Of a DNA stretch of 64,000 nt, positions 61,361-64,000 are shown one piece after another. The translations under genes and the position numbers were made by a program. Below the pieces are notes generated by a model, which made no database searches, had not been told where the DNA came from, and was given only the letters and a program-made list of their open reading frames with translations. This stretch comes from a virus. Every line of letters begins with the position of its first letter. Position 1 is the stretch's first letter. Location of the stretch: positions 128,598 to 192,597 of the IMG/VR virus record IMGVR_UViG_3300025127_000009; one strand, given 5' to 3'.

Positions 61361-62971
61361 TTACCCCACATACACTGAGTAAGGTATCTTTTGCATGACC
61401 TTTTCAGCGTTCTCCACTATTGCTGTTTCTTGTTCTGATATCTTTGCATATGTTAGTTCTGCTAATGTAGACTTCAACTCCTCTCTTAGTTTATCTTGCT
61501 CATCTTTTGCCTGACTAATCAAGTCACCGCCATTAAGAGTGACTGAATCGCCTGGAATTGGAATAGACGCAAGTTTTGATCTCACCTGTCCTAAAGTTTC
61601 TTTTGATAATGCTAGCGCAAATCTTCGTATCCATTGCTTTCCGATAGAGTTAATAGTGTCATAAGGTAGATTAGAGAATGGCAATGTATTCATATTGTTG
61701 ACACCCTCGAAAGTTCCTCTACCATTTCCTGCATCTTCAACCGGCGAAGTGGGAACAGAAAATTCAACCCACATCTTTTGAGGCCCACCAGTGTAAGGCA
61801 TAGGAAAAATTCTTAAATTATTGTTTCTTATCTCATACGACCAGTGAGACATGCGAGTGTATATCGCATCTTCATAGGCCAACGCTTGTGCCTTGTTTTG
61901 CCAAGAAGGAATTAATTCAAAAGTAGCGTCATCGGAATATTGTCCATAATTGTGAAAATTTCCAACTACATTTAATCCACCATAATATCCATAAAATCTC
62001 CACATCGCACTTGGTGTTTTGTAGTAGACTTTTTTAATCAAGAGTTTCTTTCCGTTGATTTTGCCTGCATAGGGAATAGTTTCACCTTCAGCAAAATTTA
62101 CTTTTGTCATGCCGTTTGGAGTACTTTGTTCAGTTAAGGTTATATCTGTGTTTCCTCCACTGCCTGCAACTACTTGCTTTATTGAAACATCAGCGCCAGT
62201 TGCTGTTGCAATAAGCGCACTATTGGCGTTTAAACAGGTTGCTAAGTTGGTTGCTGTTGCATTATTAGATCCATCTCCAATATCAAAAGTTGGACTATTA
62301 GTATTGCTATTTGTTGTAGTATCTGCATGAGCAGTTGCAGTAATTGTTGTTCCGTTAGTCGTTATAATTTTTATTGTATCGCCAGCCTGCAAACTGCTGT
62401 GATCGGTGATTGTTATAGACCCTGTTGCTGCCGTGTTAGTTCTAGAAGAAATTATATTTTGCAAGTCATAATCTTGTACACCGGGAGTAACATCAAATGA
62501 CGCAGAATATTGCACAGAATCTTTAAGACCTATTTCTGCTCCGATTGTCTCTGATACAGATCTAGCAAAACCGTAATCAAAAGTAGGATATTTTAAACTA
62601 GCAGAAACCGGACCTGAAGTTAGTTCCCCTTTATGATCGAACGTTCCAGTTGCATGACCCAAAAAACTTGGTAGTGCGTTATTCGCTTGATGTACATTTA
62701 CAATATAAGAATATTCTAGCACCGATTCTTCGTAGGCAGAATAAACACTACCTTCTGTAATTTCTAAGTCTAATACATCACCACCTAGTTTCTTAAACAC
62801 ATAGGCTACCTGATCTACCGCGCCTGATACAAAATTTCCAGAATAGAGGGCTTTTGTACTATCTGAATATATCTTGTAAGGCAGCAGCCTGTTAACATTT
62901 CCATGACTTCCAGTTTCTGGAAGGATGCTTTTGCTGCTTTGACTTCTTGGTGTCAGTGGGGGTAGAGCCAT
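61361..62971 (-). CDS. Neck protein (gp13-like adaptor) with an inserted beta domain
   Basis: 'LGGDVLDLEIT', 'WIRRFALALSKETLGQVRSK...IPGDSVTLNG'. A Thr/Asn-rich insertion of about 120 aa. Confidence 0.72.
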   Translation of the reverse strand: MALPPLTPRSQSSKSILPETGSHGNVNRLLPYKIYSDSTKALYSGNFVSGAVDQVAYVFKKLGGDVLDLEITEGSVYSAYEESVLEYSYIVNVHQANNALPSFLGHATGTFDHKGELTSGPVSASLKYPTFDYGFARSVSETIGAEIGLKDSVQYSASFDVTPGVQDYDLQNIISSRTNTAATGSITITDHSSLQAGDTIKIITTNGTTITATAHADTTTNSNTNSPTFDIGDGSNNATATNLATCLNANSALIATATGADVSIKQVVAGSGGNTDITLTEQSTPNGMTKVNFAEGETIPYAGKINGKKLLIKKVYYKTPSAMWRFYGYYGGLNVVGNFHNYGQYSDDATFELIPSWQNKAQALAYEDAIYTRMSHWSYEIRNNNLRIFPMPYTGGPQKMWVEFSVPTSPVEDAGNGRGTFEGVNNMNTLPFSNLPYDTINSIGKQWIRRFALALSKETLGQVRSKLASIPIPGDSVTLNGGDLISQAKDEQDKLREELKSTLAELTYAKISEQETAIVENAEKVMQKIPYSVYVG

Positions 62972-62995
62972 TCATAAGTCCTCCTTGTGCTTTAT

Positions 62996-63003
62996 TAATT
63001 AGT
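62996..63003 (-). promoter_or_regulatory. Putative late promoter motif ACTAATTA (neck operon)
   Basis: Same recurring motif. Confidence 0.5.
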
Positions 63004-63036
63004 CTCAAATTAAACAAAACACTTGGACTTCAACAA

Positions 63037-63354
63037 TTACTCTTCTGTGACTTTTTTTGGTTGTGCCTTCTTTCTGGTTCTTCTAGTTCTGGTTTTTTTA
63101 ACAATTTCTTTTTTAACCTCTGGCTCTTCTGCAACTATCTCCTTTAAGGCATTCGGCCTCAAAGGTTTCTGTTCTGGTTCCACCTTATCTTCAACTGCTG
63201 GGGCAGGTTTTGGCTTCGGTGTTGGCTCGGGCTCTGCGACCTGGACTACCTGCTCTTCGACAGGTTCAACCTTGTTTCCAAAGAGCGCGGTGCGCTTTTT
63301 TGCATACTTGCTCGCATATTTCGTCATTGTTAATCTTTTTCTACGTTTACCCAT
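63037..63354 (-). CDS. Low-complexity Lys/Glu/Pro-rich hypothetical protein
   Basis: 105 aa with SD AAGGAG and the late motif upstream. Confidence 0.55.
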   Translation of the reverse strand: MGKRRKRLTMTKYASKYAKKRTALFGNKVEPVEEQVVQVAEPEPTPKPKPAPAVEDKVEPEQKPLRPNALKEIVAEEPEVKKEIVKKTRTRRTRKKAQPKKVTEE

Positions 63355-63400
63355 CTTAAACTCCTTTAAACTAAAACGGTTGTATCTTTAATTAGTTTTA

Positions 63401-63440
63401 AAAAAAAGAAAAACCCCAAGCCAAAAGACTAAGGGTTATT
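63401..63440 (-). terminator. Probable rho-independent terminator
   Basis: Minus strand ACCCTTAGTC-TTTT-GGCTTGGGGT-TTTTCTTTTT (imperfect stem with G-U pairs). Confidence 0.6.
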
Positions 63441-63464
63441 TCTATTGATAAGGCGATTTACTTA

Positions 63465-63896
63465 TTAAGCGACGGTCATGGAACCATCAAGTTTAGTCTG
63501 TCCATAAAGGTAGAAGTGTGATCCATCACAGATGAATTCAACAAAATCACCTACTGTATCCAAAGCATTTGCGATTGTAACTGTAGTACCGGCAGCGCTG
63601 TGTGGCCCATCTTCGGCGGTGTCAACTTCCAATTCATTAATCCCGCCACGAAGAACATCAGTATCTACAGAGGCCTTTTCTGTAATGACAACTGAATTAC
63701 TGCTTATGTTAGTGCCTACAACAAACCTAACCCACCAGCCTTTTCCTGCTTCGGCTACTGATGGTAGCGTTACTGTACAGCCTGCTGCTGCATTTAACAC
63801 CATTAGTGTTCCGCAATCTGCTGCGGTCAATGACAGGTCACCAGTAATTGATTCGACTTTCTTTCTATCCGCGCTATATCTTCCTAATTTACTCAT
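63465..63896 (-). CDS. Putative head decoration / short fibre protein
   Basis: 'LTAADCGTLMVLNAAAGCTVTLP...GWWVRF' beta-rich pattern, upstream of the neck genes. Confidence 0.5.
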   Translation of the reverse strand: MSKLGRYSADRKKVESITGDLSLTAADCGTLMVLNAAAGCTVTLPSVAEAGKGWWVRFVVGTNISSNSVVITEKASVDTDVLRGGINELEVDTAEDGPHSAAGTTVTIANALDTVGDFVEFICDGSHFYLYGQTKLDGSMTVA

Positions 63897-64000
63897 AATT
63901 TATGATCTCCTTTAATTAATAAAGGCATTTCGCCTTACCTTTTATACAATAAATAGTTTAACGAAAACCAAACTTACAAAAAAAACCCCCCAAAAGAGGG

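Noticed and set aside
291-63915. All + strand ORFs in the track (e.g. 1166..1486, 2925..3239, 9128..9487, 42490..42900, 44563..45054, 59882..60265, 63532..63915)
   Set aside because: Each lies antisense to a longer minus-strand gene with clear motifs, lacks an SD and has shadow-type composition.
1-64000. Stop-codon reassignment as in some huge phages
   Set aside because: Code-11 ORFs are full length and tile the window. TAA, TAG and TGA all terminate recognisable genes.
1-64000. tRNA, rRNA or other structured RNA genes
   Set aside because: Intergenic gaps are short and no cloverleaf or T-loop signature was recognised by eye. tRNAscan/Infernal were not run.
63980-64000. Terminator-like AAAAAAAACCCCCCAAAAGAGGG at the window edge
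   Set aside because: Truncated by the window end, so the stem cannot be confirmed.

Overview
This is a 64-kb slice of a large AT-rich tailed dsDNA bacteriophage genome (jumbo/huge myovirus type), not a cellular chromosome. Every credible gene is on the minus strand and the genes are tightly packed. The + strand ORFs in the track are antisense shadows. In transcription order (high to low coordinate) there are three blocks. (1) Virion morphogenesis, 64.0-35.0 kb: putative head decoration protein, gp13/gp14/gp15-like neck proteins, a second gp15 paralog fused to a collagen segment and a 24-unit repeat fibre, a two-part fibre protein with a poly-Gly linker, sheath, tube, tail assembly chaperone with a probable +1 frameshift, two tandem tape-measure paralogs, tube initiator, LysM protein and baseplate hub. 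(2) Replication and nucleotide metabolism, 35.0-13.8 kb: stand-alone family A polymerase domain, tubulin/FtsZ-like protein, thymidine kinase, a ParB-like gene bracketed by 37-bp direct repeats, gp32-like SSB, RecA, 5'-3' exonuclease, DnaB-like helicase, class II RNR, GroES, ThyX, a myxobacterial-style Cys-rich/vWA lipoprotein, DnaE, dUTPase and IMPDH/GMPR. (3) Accessory and host-takeover genes, 13.8-0 kb: Cys-rich sigma-70 region 4 protein, acidic repeat protein, ClpP, IscU, GroEL, glutaredoxin, Hsp20 and a YkuD-like peptidoglycan enzyme. Two promoter classes are visible: host-type TTGACA-N16/17-TAnnnT, and a recurring (A/T)CTA(T/A/G)TTA motif upstream of mostly structural genes. No tRNA, rRNA, CRISPR array, intein or integrase was recognised. 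All functional calls come from motif recognition by eye; no database search was run.
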